The position numbers and the translations under genes were made by a program. Below the pieces are notes generated by a model, which saw nothing but the letters and a program-made list of their open reading frames with translations, did no database searches and was not told where the DNA came from. A DNA stretch of 64,000 bases from Trichinella spiralis (taxonomy: Eukaryota): contig NW_003526943.1 of assembly GCF_000181795.1 (NCBI RefSeq), positions 10,985,759 to 11,049,758 of the forward strand, given 5' to 3'. The first letter of the stretch is position 1. Each line of letters starts with the position of its first letter. Below are positions 49,816 to 62,628 of the stretch, in pieces.

Positions 49816-52019
49816 GAGCAATAAAATTCTCAAAACGGCAGAATCTATTAATTAATAATTTCTTAGAAACATTAGTGTAAATATGGCTTTAAATACATTC
49901 TTGCTATTGTCAAAGCTTTTTGTTTGTTAATCAATACTGAAGCTCATTAGCATTTAAAAATTGATTTCAGATTTGCTATTTAAACTGTGACTCTTTACTA
50001 ATGACTGTCAGGATACTAAATTTGTCGACAAATTAGTTTACTTATTATAAAACATTTTAGGCGGACAATAATAAAATTCAAAGTTATTTTTTATGTTCTT
50101 CTTTTAATTTTTAAATTATTTTTAATGTGAAATTAAAAATTGTGCACAGTAAATGAAATGCTCGTTTAATTTCATTGTCATTTTTTAAATATTTTTACAT
50201 GATCATATTTTTCACTGTACTATGAACTGTTAATTTCATTCATCCACCACTATTACAAGAATACTTTTCATCAGTAGAAAGTGAAGTAGCTAATCTTTAC
50301 TGTGATGTAAATTTTAAAATTTAACTTATTAAAATAAAATTATTTCATATGAATTCAGGTTAACAATTTATTCCAATTTAAGGTTATTTCCCTGGCATAT
50401 ATTTTATGGTTTTATAAAATTTCATTATCTGAAAATAAAATATGATTTCTAATATAAATAAGCTAATAATACTTTATTTTGCATGAATATTAGCAATGAG
50501 CACACATGCATATATAAACAACTGATCTAATTTGAAAATTATATAGAAACATGTAAAATATATGCATTTTACTAATGTATTTACTTTTAATTTACATTTT
50601 TATTTGATGCTCTGAAAACTTTTAATTAAAATTTCATTCTATTAAATTGTGAACATGACTATTTTGTTAATTTCAAGACTGAAATATCAAAAAACATCAT
50701 CAAAAAGTGATAATTTGTTTGTAAAATAGATTTATTTAAAACTTAATAAATAAATATATCAATAATTTGAGAAAGTGAAAACTATTTTTAGAATTTTTTG
50801 AAAGCAACTGCTTGATTCGTATTGTCAAGCACTGTTTTAACTTCTCTGTTCATTTGTTGCATTACACACTACGCAATAATTACAATAATATGCGGATATC
50901 TTCAGCTAAAACCACGAACATATTAATAAGCCTATTGGTTGAACAACCTCTTTTTTCCTGCATAAATGTACAAACTGCACAAAACCATGCATAAATTCTG
51001 TTAGAGGAAATGGTATATGTTCCAATAAATTCGCTTGTTTATTTACTGTCCATCATGAACGCAATGCTTAAAAGTAATTAACTGTAGAAGTTCTTCGATT
51101 ATCCAAGCACAGTATTTTTTGGGGTCCTTCGGATAATCGAATTTGCCTGATAATCAGGCATTTTTAATTTTCTAAAATGCATGTACAAAACTGAAGCGCT
51201 TATAGCTGTTATTCTCAATCAGATGCTGAATAATAGACATTCTATTTATTATGCAACGTTATTTGCCCTTTACTTACTTGAATTGCATACAGCGTTTATT
51301 AACGTGGTCAATTACATTCTTCAAATAGTACCAGGTTTAGTTTGAGTCGAATTCTACATTATCAGCAATAACTTCCTGTTTGAACAAAGATAGCTTCTTC
51401 TGTGCAGCGACATTTGGAATATGTCTCATTAGCATCAGTTGAGTAGTGCTGAATTCTTTCTGCTGCTCCATCCACTTCAAGTGAACTTTGAGGCAAGAAT
51501 AGACTTCTGAATCGCTCGGCCCTTCATTTGGCTTATCAAACACATAGAGGTTTTTATTTTTATTTTTCTTCACTGCCTAGAGTGTTTCATCATCACTTAA
51601 TATTTCAAATAATGGGGTATTATCATCGGCTAGCCACTGTTCATCTGTGTCCCACGATAATTTAAATTACTTGAACATTTCTGTTATAGCTGTACAGTCA
51701 TTATCATAGTTTGTTGATTGGTTTACACATCCTTCTTGTAACCAAGACGTTTATTCCATGATGCGCGCAAAGTAGATCCTGAAATCGAGTCCCACGTATG
51801 CGCAATAATATATATAGTAGCAATCTTTTAAATTAACTTTCCTAAGTAGTGATACAAAATCATCTCCATCAGCATCTGAAAGGACAATTCTTCACAAGAG
51901 TTCCTTTTTATACCGCTTTTTCAAACTCTGAATAATGGTTTGATCCATTGGTTGAACAAGCGACGATGTATTAGGTGGCAAGAGCACAACCCTGAACAAG
52001 CCATTTTCACGGTCTAGCA

Positions 52020-54866
52020 CAGTGTTTCTCAACCAGGGGGGCGCGCCCCCCTAGGGGGGCGTAGGAAGGTTCCAGGGGGGGCGTGAGAAGTAAGAATTTT
52101 TAGTCCTGCAGAGGTGTTTGAAATTCAGCTTGGTCTACTTCAGCTAAATTTTAACCGCCTATTTTTTCTGGTCATCTTAGTTTTAGCTTAACCGCGTCAG
52201 CTGTGCGCAATTTATAATTTCCCTTTGCACTAAAATCGCCTTTCGAAATTCACCTGATGTGACGAGAGACGTGAATAATTTTTGAAAGAGGCATATACAC
52301 GATATTTATCAAACTGATAGAACAAAGCCGTATTTTGTCTAATGGTGGAAACAAGCAATGCGGTAAAAATTTCGCCTGAAGTCGACCATCACACTTTATT
52401 TTCTCATTCTTTCCTTCATTCGACATCGCGGCAACACCAACTTTTGTCTCGTGTGTGCATATATTTGCTGTTTATTTGTTTCAGTTTTCAAGAGATTTTG
52501 TAATATCAGTTGATTTCAGATTGTCTGAAATCACATCAATTCAGGTTTGGTTTTTTCCGCTCCTAAGTTTCTAAGTATTTTATTCTTATCAGTAATTAAA
52601 TCTCCCACTATGATTATGGTTTTTAGCTTGGCTACTCATAATCGTGAACACAACGGTTTTATTACATTTCGCACCACGGTTGTTGCTTATAGAGTTTGTT
52701 ATTATTTCCAATAGGCAAGTTATTTATTAGCGTACTGCTATGTACCACGAAGACATCCAGTTGGTAAACGAGCTGCGAAAACTAGTTAGATCGGATTATC
52801 CATACGACAGGCTGGAAAAGGAGGAAGTTAGTTAGTTAGCGTCTGTGTATATTCACATCATCAATAAAGTTATATTGGACGTTGGCGTGAAATACAATAC
52901 GTACAATGGTGTCGAAAAAACGCAAATATGATGCAGAGTACATCAAATACGGCTTCGTGGCTATTGAAAAAAACGGCGTTGAAGTGCCACAATGCGTTGT
53001 ATGCCTTGATACATTCAGCAATGATGCTTTACGGCCAACCCGACTGCAGCGGCATTTGCATCACCGCCATCCTGAGTTATCAAAAAAACCTGTGGAATAC
53101 TTTTGCGCTGAAAGAGATTCCCTTTCTCAAATGAGACTTGAGAAAAAAGTCAAGTATAATCAGGAGACTGTCAAGGCTGATAAGAGCATCATATGAAATA
53201 GCCATGTTGATTGCCAAGAATAAGAAACCACATACTATTGGAGAAAATCTTGTTAAGCCCTGCATTGTGAATGCAGTAAAGATTCTGCTTGGGGATGACA
53301 TGGCGAAGCAATTTAAAAGTATTTCTCTTTCTGATTCAACAGTTAAACGCCGAATCGATGAATTAGCTGATGATATAAAACAGCAAGTTCTTGAAAAGGT
53401 AAAGTGTTCTCCTTTTTTTCCTATAAGTTGTGATGAGCCACAGACCAGGCAAACTGTGCACAGCTCATTGTATACGCACGGTTCATTGCAAATAACACAA
53501 TTGAAGAAGAACTACTTTTTTCTGAACCACTGAAAACTACAACGAAACGAGCTGATGTGTTCCAAGCCGTGTCACAATTTTTTGAAGTAAATGGCTTGAT
53601 GTGGGAAAAACTTGTTGGTGTATGCACTGACGGTGCACCCGCAATGCTTGGCTCTCGGTCTGGCTTTGTGAAGATGGTCAAATCAAAAAACCCATCTATT
53701 TTTGCAATGCACTGTGCAATTCATCGGCAGGCTTTGGTCGCTAAAACTTTGCCTGATGATCTCAGAGAAGACCTTAATTTTGCCGTGGAGGTTGTCAACT
53801 ATGTGAAAAGCAGTGCATTGAACACTCGATTATTTGCGTCACTCTGTGAAAGTTTGAATGCTGACCACATGGCACTTCTCTATCATACAGAAGTTCGTTG
53901 GTTATCAAAAGGAAACATGCTTGGTCGGATTTATGAACTGAGAGAAGCAGTGGCAGAGTTTTTGGAGCAACGAGGAAGACGCACAATGTGTCGAGCTTTC
54001 AAAAGTGAACATTTTCAGCTTAGCCTGGCATATCTTGCAGATATTTTTGAAGCACTGAATTTACTGGATTTGAAACTGCAAGGAGCAAACGCGAATGTTA
54101 TGGCTCACTATGACATTGTTCAAAGCTTCATTGCAAAAATTTCCTTATGGTTAAAACAAGTTGAAAGAGGAAATTTGACATGGTTTTCAAGACTCAACGA
54201 GCTTTTCAGTGATAAATGTATCAGCGAAGATTTGAAAAGAAAAATAAAAGGGCACCTTAGAAGCCTACAAGATGAGTTTTTTTACTATTTTCCTGACGTA
54301 GAACCTGAAAACCTGATATATAAACTTGTGAGGAATCCATTTTTAGTTAATGTCGAAGACCTTCCACACGATCTTCAAGAAGAAGCCATTGAACTGCAAT
54401 TCAACAGCTTAGCTAAAGATAGCTTTGAAAGTATGCCATTAGAAAACTTCTGAGTGAAGTTACAAGCAGAATATCCTAAATAAGTTCACAAAGCTTACGT
54501 ATATTGATTCCTTTTTCCTCAACGTACCTTTGTGAAACGGGATTCTCAGCTCTCATGACGCTTAATACGCAACATCGAAACAGGCTAAACGTTGAGAGCG
54601 ACCTGCGATGTACCTTATCACCCACTCCACCAAGAATAGACAACTTAGTCGCAAATAAGCATTGTCAATATTCTCATTAAATTTTTATTGTGAATCATTC
54701 AGGAATGTTTTACTGTGGAAACTAGCTTGGCTTGATGCAACCATGAAGCAAAATGTTGCTTTGCGTACACTGAATACATACCGTACTACTTTTTATTAGA
54801 GAGGGGGCATTAACTGCCGAACTTTTATTAAGGGGGGCGTGCGCTGACACAGGTTGAGAAACACTG
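52020..54866 (+). mobile_element. Full-length hAT transposon, Buster/Charlie group (2847 bp)
   Basis: Perfect 15-bp TIRs CAGTGTTTCTCAACC (52020-52034 and 54852-54866). Perfect 8-bp TSD GTCTAGCA (52012-52019 and 54867-54874) with central TA. Confidence 0.97.
52906..54680 (+). pseudogene. Buster-type (ZBED8/SCAND3-like) transposase, inactivated
   Basis: BED finger PQCVVC...RHLHHRH, CDE, VCTDGAPAM, HCAIHRQAL, HTEVRWLSKG, STYLCETGFS. Frameshifts near 53175, 53437 and 54480, and a TGA at 54451 where Trp is expected. Confidence 0.92.
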
Positions 54867-55510
54867 GTCTAGCAATTCGCAATTGGGATGACAAGGTGCA
54901 TTGTCAATTATGAGTAGTATCTTTCCTGATTTTTTTGTCTTCTGCTAGATTTTTTAACGTGAGGAAAAAATATCTCATCATACCAGCAAAAAAATAACTC
55001 TGACATCTCGAAATCTTGCAAAAAATAGGCTTTTAGCTGATAATCATAAACTACAAGCAGCTTCTGCACACCAATCACAACTCATGGACGTTTCGGTTTT
55101 CCAACTAACAACAGTTGCAAACGATAGCTACCTGTAGCATTCATGCAACAAAGAAGAGCCACTCTTTCCTTACATAACTTAAAGGAAAGAGATGAAATGA
55201 ATATGTCTAACTGCTAATAGTTTGTTGCAGTAAAAATTTTTGGCTCCATTGACCCATGCAGCTGCATACAGCTAAGTGGACTAATATTAATTTACAAACG
55301 GCCGCATTTTATGTTCATAAATTCTGTGTCATTTTTGTGCATTTCTTATAACTTTGCCACTGCAATAATTCTACGATTTATTTAAAATTGTACATTTATT
55401 CTATTATTATTATACATATGGAACAATAAATACACATTATATATATATGCACGTCTGCAGATATTTCATGCGTGAAGTAGGAGATAAGCTGACTAGATTA
55501 ATTAATATGT

Positions 55511-56147
55511 CTAATTTGTTGCTTTTTGCATCTTCAAATTTTTATACGGTGCAAGTAATGGTACTGCTGTCGATAAACCATATGCTGGAGATGGAACACC
55601 TCCATATGAACCTGGAACAACTGGTATTGAAGGTTCTTCGACAATGCTATTGGAATATGGTACAACTAAATTAGAAAAAAAGGCGGTATTATGGAAAATT
55701 TTAAATAATTGTTATTATATTAATAATAATGTATTGATTACTAGGCTGTGGAGGAACGAAGACTAACGGCTTCTCTGGACCCCTTCCAAATTCATCCGAT
55801 GCAATGTTTTGACTGACTAATTGGTCATGTTGAATTTGTTGTTGCTGCAACGGTATTGGAAATCCGCCCAAATGAGCAGCAGGGAAGCTGGGCTTTGAGG
55901 CTATAATGTTTAGTTCTTGATTGGATTTGCATTTTCAAATTCACTCATTCATACCTTGACCGTAACCTCCGATCGCCGGCGGTGCTGGTTGTATTTTGTA
56001 ACCGTTCTCACTGGGTTCAAAGTACGGTCGGGGTTTGTAATATAGTACTGACTGTCCTGCTGACATCGCCTGTTGAGATGCATATTGGGCAGATGAAGAG
56101 GCAGCTAAGAGAAACAGTGCTGAGGTGTACAGGCAATAATAATGCAT
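55511..56147 (-). CDS. Small secreted Pro/Gly/Gln/Tyr-rich protein; exons 56147-55955, 55900-55742, 55665-55511; 168 aa
   Basis: Signal peptide MHYYCLYTSALFLLAASSSA. Two phase-1 GT-AG introns give one open frame ending PYKNLKMQKATN*. Confidence 0.75.
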
Positions 56148-56872
56148 TGTAGCTGAGAGAGGATCTGATTTTCCAAGCCTTACCAAAATGCATCCACACC
56201 AATTTAATTTATACAAAATTATTTTATTAAATGGGTTAGTATTTTAGACACGTTTAACCTGCAAATATTTGAAGTTCAGTGTCACTATGTCAAGTTCCAA
56301 TTTCTTTATTATTTTTTTTCCTTTTCATGGAGAAGGTCAACTTTTGCATCAGTTTAATTTTATTGATATGCTTTTTTCATCACAAAACGTATAACAGCAT
56401 GTTTTCTTTTATTTTTATTCTGATTTCAGTTGAAATTACAATTTCCCATTTCAATGTTCAACACAATTTCGACTGCCAGGGATTTTTATTTAGTGAACGG
56501 GCCAATTTTAAAATAGGTCAAAGTCAGTGCCATTTTAATCTACATTTCCATAAAGTGCACCATGACCGAAATGTCAAACAGCAGCCAGTACCGATTACCC
56601 AAATAAATTGTGCAATAATATTTTTAATGTTGTTTTATCAATACATATTAATCATATCTGTTGAAAACATAAAGCTTTAATAATTAATAATTTTGTTTTT
56701 TTTATTAAATGAAATGAATCATTTTGTTATTAAATAAAATCTGAAAATTAAAACAAAGAGGAAAATAAGTTACGTCGTGTATGATAGTGTAGTTGTAAAA
56801 AGTTAAATATCCATGAGGATACAAAGAACATGAGCAACAGTGGAGCATTGTGAATTTTATTGTTTTCAATAA

Positions 56873-59793
56873 CTAAGATGATGATGATGATGATGATGAT
56901 GCTGATGATGATGATGCTGATGATGATGATGCTGATGATGATGATGCTGATGATGATGATGATGACGATGATGATGATGACGACGACATTGATGACATTG
57001 ACTTTGATGTACACTGATCGGTGGGTGACAAAGTTGGGAGCACGTTGGCTGATTGCAAGAGAAAATCAATCAGCGGCAGTTGATCTTTGTATCTGTCAAT
57101 CCGTTGCAAATGTCGTTCGGTGTATGGTATCCAGGCAAGCAAGAACTGTCCAACCGTGGGCCAGCTGAGTATCTGCTCAGGGGTGTGGCGAGTGAGCACA
57201 AAGCGCAAGATCGACTGCGCGTAGTGGCAGTATCGACTATTTGTGTTCCACTCGGCCGAATATTGCAACAACGATTGCAAATGGTCGGCTTGCAACTCGG
57301 CTAGGCAACTGTGCAACTGGTCGCCAAGATTCATTTCCTTCAAAACGCGCAGAACGGTCGCCGGCCGGCGGAGATGCAGCGCCAGCCGCAGGGCTTCGGA
57401 CAGCCGCTGACTTTCGAGCAGATTCGCCAGCGTCTGGTCGTGGCGCAGGGTCTTCGCACGCTGTTGCTGGGCTTGTTCCATGCGTTCATCGGTAACATCA
57501 CGCCATACGAGCGTCGAACAGTCGTCACCGCCGGTCGCTATGACAGTCGGCTTGGAGGTGCCATCGGCAGCTGAGGTAGGCGGGGCAACGGCCAACGCCT
57601 GAGCTGCACCGTCGTGCGCGTCGTAGGTTTTCTCGCAGAGACCAGAGCGCAACGACCAGAGCTTCAGCAAGCCGTGGCTGTCAACAGAGATCAAGCGCAG
57701 GCCGTCGATAGCGAGCTTCAGTACAGGGCTTTCGTGCCCTTGGAACGTGCGCAAGCAGACGAGCGAGCCGTCCACTGAAAACAAGCGTAACAAGCAGTCG
57801 CCGCTGGCCGATGCCAGCAGACGGTCGGTCGGTGAAAACTGCACATCACTCACACCACGCCCGTGCAGTTCGCTCTGGCCAATTGCCTGCAATTCACACC
57901 TGTCGCCAGGTACCACTTGCCACAGCTTCACCGTCTGGTCAAACGAGCCGGTAGCTAGCAACATCTTCCGCATTGACAACGCTACACAGCAAACGCTCTT
58001 GTTGTGCGCGACCACCGTCATGCTCGCCGTTTCGACTGCTCTTCGCTCCTGTCTAGCGGTGGAACCATCTGAAAACAACAACTTCCGCTTAAGTGAGAAA
58101 ATTTTCACTGTTCTGTCCAGGCTGGCGGTGATCAGGAACGGAAATTCGGCAGCATTCTCGTGGCACAACTGTACCGCAGTTACCGACTTCACGTGTCCGC
58201 TGTACACTGACAAGCACTGGACTTGTCCAGTATCCGGCTTCAGTTTCCACAGACGGGCGGTGCCGTCTTCGGAACCGGTGACGAACAGCTCCGTCGACCA
58301 GCTACTGGTGGAAATGGTCAAGATGGTTTTACTGTGACCATCGATAAGATGACAATCACCGGATTCGATGTCGTACATACGCAGCTGATTGGAAATGGTT
58401 GCTACCAAAAGCAGACGATTGCTCAAAAAAGCAACGCACCGCACTTCGCCGTTGTTACCGGCAATTTGTCGCCGGATCTGAACACAATAATTTTGATCGT
58501 GGTTCAACTCCAGCTGGTAGATGTTCTGATCCTCGGTAACGGCGAAGCAAACCGTCCCAGGGCCGCTGGTCCGGCAATGGTGAAACGCTTGAATTCTACT
58601 CCTGAGTAAAAGCTTATTGGTGTCCACTACGCAGCCGCTGTTCAAGTTCACAAATCTCACCGCACCACTTTCACCACCAAAAATTAACAAATCGTTCGTT
58701 ATTAAAATGGCACATTCGACTGGTTCATAAAGTGCACACGATCTGCGCAATAAATGGGCCCTGGCTTCCCAAATGACGATGGTCATATCCCGACTGGCGG
58801 TCAACACTTGATCATTATTCATGGCGATGATTGTGGTCACCGTAGCCGAATGAAAACTCAATGTGGTGAAATTCGACTTTTCGTCGTCGCCCATATATTT
58901 CCACATGCAAACTCCACCCGTGTCTGTGCCGAACACCACCTTGGCAGTCTGATCCGAAAGTTGCAGTAAAGCCACACTAGTGATCCTACCCAATTTACAC
59001 TTCATCCCACCTATACAACTACGTGATTCAGTATCCCACACCTTCACTGAACCGTCGCTATAGCCAATGACCAACATGTGTGCCAGATCCGGATGACGAC
59101 CGTAAGCCATGCAATGAACACAAGAGCGACTGGCAATTTTCACAATTTTCCCATTTGGACACTTCTTCAAATCGGCCGCCAAATTCCACAACTTCAACAG
59201 CATATTCTCGTACGCCACGGCCAGTGTTCCGCCATCGCAGCTCAACGAAAACTGCACAATCGCCGCTTCTTCTTCTTTCGAGCCAATTGTTTGTCTAACA
59301 ATGTGACGACAACTTGTAATAATTTAGAAATAAAATTCAAACCATGCAAAACAATTCTTGAAATTGTATTTTTATTTTTGTTGATTACATTTCGAAATAA
59401 ATCTTTCAAAGTAAAAAATCAATCTCAATATGCTAAGAAAAAAAACCTTTATGACAAAATTAAAATAGCAAACGCAAAATTAATACAATTCAAAAGACAA
59501 TAGAAATGACACAAAGAAATAAGTACACAACAAAAACGCATCTATCCTGATATACGGTAAATATGTTAAATGAATAATCCAAAACAAAACCATAAAAATC
59601 ACTGATTAATTCAATTAAATATCATGACATACATCACCGAGCCAGTATCCCAGTTGAGGACGTTAATGACGTTTCCAAAAGAACAATAGATGAGGCGTCC
59701 ATCGGGAGAAACCGCCGTTGCTCCACCTGAATAAAACGGATCAAAACGTCGCTGTATTTCGAACTCTTGGCTATGCTGCGTCGTTGTATTCAT
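56873..59793 (-). CDS. TBL3: Transducin beta-like protein 3 / UTP13 (SSU processome WD40 protein); exons 59793-59633 and 59294-56873; ~860 aa
   Basis: N-terminal PFYSGG, multiple WD40 repeats, C-terminal Utp13 domain (QTLANLL...ALRLAL...WNTNSR...PYTERHLQRI). Phase-2 intron joins the ORFs. Confidence 0.93.
56877..56990. repeat. (GAT)n microsatellite with 15-bp higher-order unit, coding poly-Ser on the minus strand
   Basis: gatgatgatgatgct repeated about four times within a longer GAT/GAC run. Confidence 0.95.
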
Positions 59794-60895
59794 ATCTTAA
59801 AATAAAATACAATGTCACCGTATTATTTGTACATAGATTTTTGTACATCTATTCAACAAAAAATCTACGCATTCGACATTTCAAAAGCTTATCGAATCAA
59901 TTAACAAACACAAACAAACAACTAAAGAGAAGCTTAAAATCACAAATAAATATGAAAGAAATTAATAACACCATTCATTTATTTATTCTTTTCTCAAACG
60001 ATACATACATAAAATATTCCTTTTTTATATTGCTTTTAGGAAAAATTCATCTTTCAGTAATTTTATAAAGTTTACATGAATTTAATAAAGAAACAAATTA
60101 ATTTACAAAAAAACACCCAAATGTTATTTTTTATACAAAAATATTAATGATTTTCAAGAACAGTCACATTAAAATTTCAATAACAGTAATTTGTCATTGA
60201 ATTTGAGTTGAATTCTTATGAATACCCACGAAAACTTTTTCGACAAAAGACGAAAACATTTTATTTGACATTGTATAAAGCTAACACTCGAATCAACAAC
60301 ACATGCAAAAATATTAAATACACCGACTAACAAAAAACAGATAATCACACACTGATTTACAAATTTTTCACTGATTTTGTCAATTACTGATTTTCAGGTT
60401 CTTACTGTTTGTTTTGGAATCTGCAGCAATATTGATGGCAAAAGATGAGCTGAAGCAAACAATTGCGAATGACTCTTGATTTGCTCTTTTAGAGCAAAAT
60501 TATTTGCCCAGTGCAATTTTTTAATATTTTTCAGCCATTCTTACTTCGTGACGTAAAGCCATAATTTAATCTTACTTATCAACAAAAGCGTTTCATAGAA
60601 TTTAGCAGATCCCAATAAGATTCTGAATGTTAACGACAGTATAAACTCATGTAAAACTTGATTGTCAATAAGAGTGTACTGTAAATTATGACTAATGTAG
60701 ATTAGGGAATAAGTAGTAGATGCTAATATTAGACAGACGTGTTTGAATTTTGTATTGTAGTTACACTTGTGACCAATAAAGAGATCCATCGTGTTATTTT
60801 GTTTGGCCATTTCGCTGGAGAGACTGCTTCACTGTTTACGGTGAACTTCAGCGTAATCAACCAAGTTTAATTAATAGACTCATCATAAGACTGGT

Positions 60896-61382
60896 ATTGA
60901 TCGATTCAATCTGGCGATTCCGTCTAAGGTAGAATTGAATTTTTTGCCAAACCTTGTACAGCTACTTCTGACTAGAAAATCGAAGATTAGCAATGTCGAA
61001 TGGTTGATAACATTTCTGGCCATGTGAACCGGATCGTGGTATATTGAATGGTTACCGATTGCAATGCAATTGTTGGAGAAGCGCTCGGAATCACGTACAA
61101 GCTCTGCTGGATATAAGACTGAATGAAAATCGGAAATTGCACGACTTACACGATAAACTTGTTGGTCAAGTGAGATCTTTCGAGGGGATCGGTTGATGTG
61201 CCTTATAAAACGAATATGCATCTGATTTCATTCTTACCGTCAGTAAGCAACTCCAACCTGAAACGGTACCATGACAGTGGAAAAACAAAGTACTAGAGGA
61301 GAAAGATGAGAAGAGTCTAGTTGAGACTTTCTTTGAATTCTTGCACAGATCAGCAGAAATTGAAGAGCAATGCAAAATTTAA
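60896..61382 (+). mobile_element. BEL/Pao retrotransposon gag (DUF1759-like) relic
   Basis: Broken frames give DRFNLAI.SK.EL, IAMQLLEKR, RNHVQALLDI...LHDLHDKLVGQVRS...G and QLQPETVP*QWKNKV...VETFFEFLHRSAEIEE, in the order expected for Pao gag. Confidence 0.6.
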
Positions 61383-61445
61383 GAGATAGGGCAGATGTGA
61401 GATCAAGGTGAAAGAAGTCTAGCGCATCAACATGATTCTCTAAAT

Positions 61446-61891
61446 CAGTGATTCCCAAAGTGGGCGATATCGCCCCCTTTGGGGCGGTGGGAAGTAAAGG
61501 GACACTTGGGGGAGGGGGCGCTTGAACATAATATATTTATATTTTGCGTTTATATTGATATTTGTTCAGCAGTTGTTTTAAGAATATTGATTAATTTTTT
61601 TGTGTCTAATGTGATATGACTCTGCAATCTGTTTTCTTCATCTTCTTCGCTCATAGTACTTACGACTGTTTATTACCAACATTGAACCCAATGTAGACAG
61701 ATTAGTCGCAACGCACCAAGCCCATCCACCACATTAATTATTTCCTCACTATATGATTATTTTTCCAAGATTACTCGATTTGAATAAATAGTCTGTTTAA
61801 AAATTCATCATTTTTGGCAGTATTTTAGGGGGGCGTTAGAAAAACATATGCCTCTGAAGGGGACGATAGCTTGAAAAGGTTTGGGAAACTG
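61446..61891 (+). mobile_element. Internally deleted hAT (Buster-group) element of a second family
   Basis: Ends CAGTGATTCCCAAA / TTTGGGAAACTG, GGGGCG-rich subtermini, eroded TSD CTCTAAAT/TTTTACAT. Retains transposase C-terminus IEPNVDRLVATHQAHPPH* (61682-61737). Confidence 0.8.
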
Positions 61892-62628
61892 TTTTACATA
61901 AAATTCCATATCCAATCTTTATGAAAATCAGTTTCAAATTTGGATATTCGTTTCACCTGTGTTTACTTGATTATGCAATCAGAACTAAACAATTTATTGT
62001 TATGTAAATATTTCTTGCTAGTTTAATTTGTATTTATACAAGATTCGCCGTCGATTAAACTGGGTCTAAATAAAATAAGGTGGTATTTGTCACCTGGCAC
62101 TTACCATATATAGTCAGCATTTATTTGTATGGTTCTTACTTTTCAAAAAATTTTAATGATTGTATGGTGGAACAATATCAAAAATTCCCATTCGTAAAAT
62201 TACACAGCAATATTTTCTGCAAAATACAAATAGAAGAGTAGATTTTAGTTGATTATTACGAACCAAAATTTCATGAATGAAGCTTTATATAAAATTAATA
62301 TGCGCATTTTTAGTTTAAATTTCATAAATCTTTACGTTACAATTCTTTTTTATTCTCTCGCTGCAAGCATGCTTTTCATACTGCTGTACTTCATTTAATT
62401 AAGCTAAAAATGCTTCATTCATTCAATTAATGAATTTTCAGTACCAGTAGCAGTGGAAAGTATTTTCGAAAAATCTCTGGTCTTAACTATTATTTTTATT
62501 ATAAAAGTTTGCTGCTATCATTGAGACAGTTAATCATGAAACCTATGCTTTCAGTTTTCAAATTTGAAAGAAAATTAAAAATAAAAATCTCATATCATTT
62601 TTTTACCATAATTTAAATTTGGTTTCAT

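Larger units (their letters stand above)
51082..55190 (-). mobile_element. Degraded Tigger/pogo (jerky-like) DNA transposon, interrupted by a hAT insertion
   Basis: Minus-strand KERVALLCCMNATGSYRLQLLLVGKPKRP (55.09-55.18 kb) and KILLIIDNAPCHP...LPPNTSSLVQPMDQ across the insertion. Jerky-type C-terminus in ORF 51337-51573. cgattatcc/ggataatcg subterminal motifs at 51.09-51.15 kb. Outer ends approximate. Confidence 0.85.

Noticed and set aside
56748..57168. Poly-Met, poly-Ile and poly-His ORFs
   Set aside because: Alternative readings of the same (GAT)n repeat. Only the poly-Ser frame is continuous with a real gene.
57053..58969. Plus-strand ORFs over TBL3 (e.g. 57747-58337)
   Set aside because: Antisense shadows of TBL3.
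60541..61458. Three same-frame minus-strand ORFs as a possible endogenous viral gene
   Set aside because: Separated by clustered stops, no viral motif recognised, and the plus strand fits Pao gag better.
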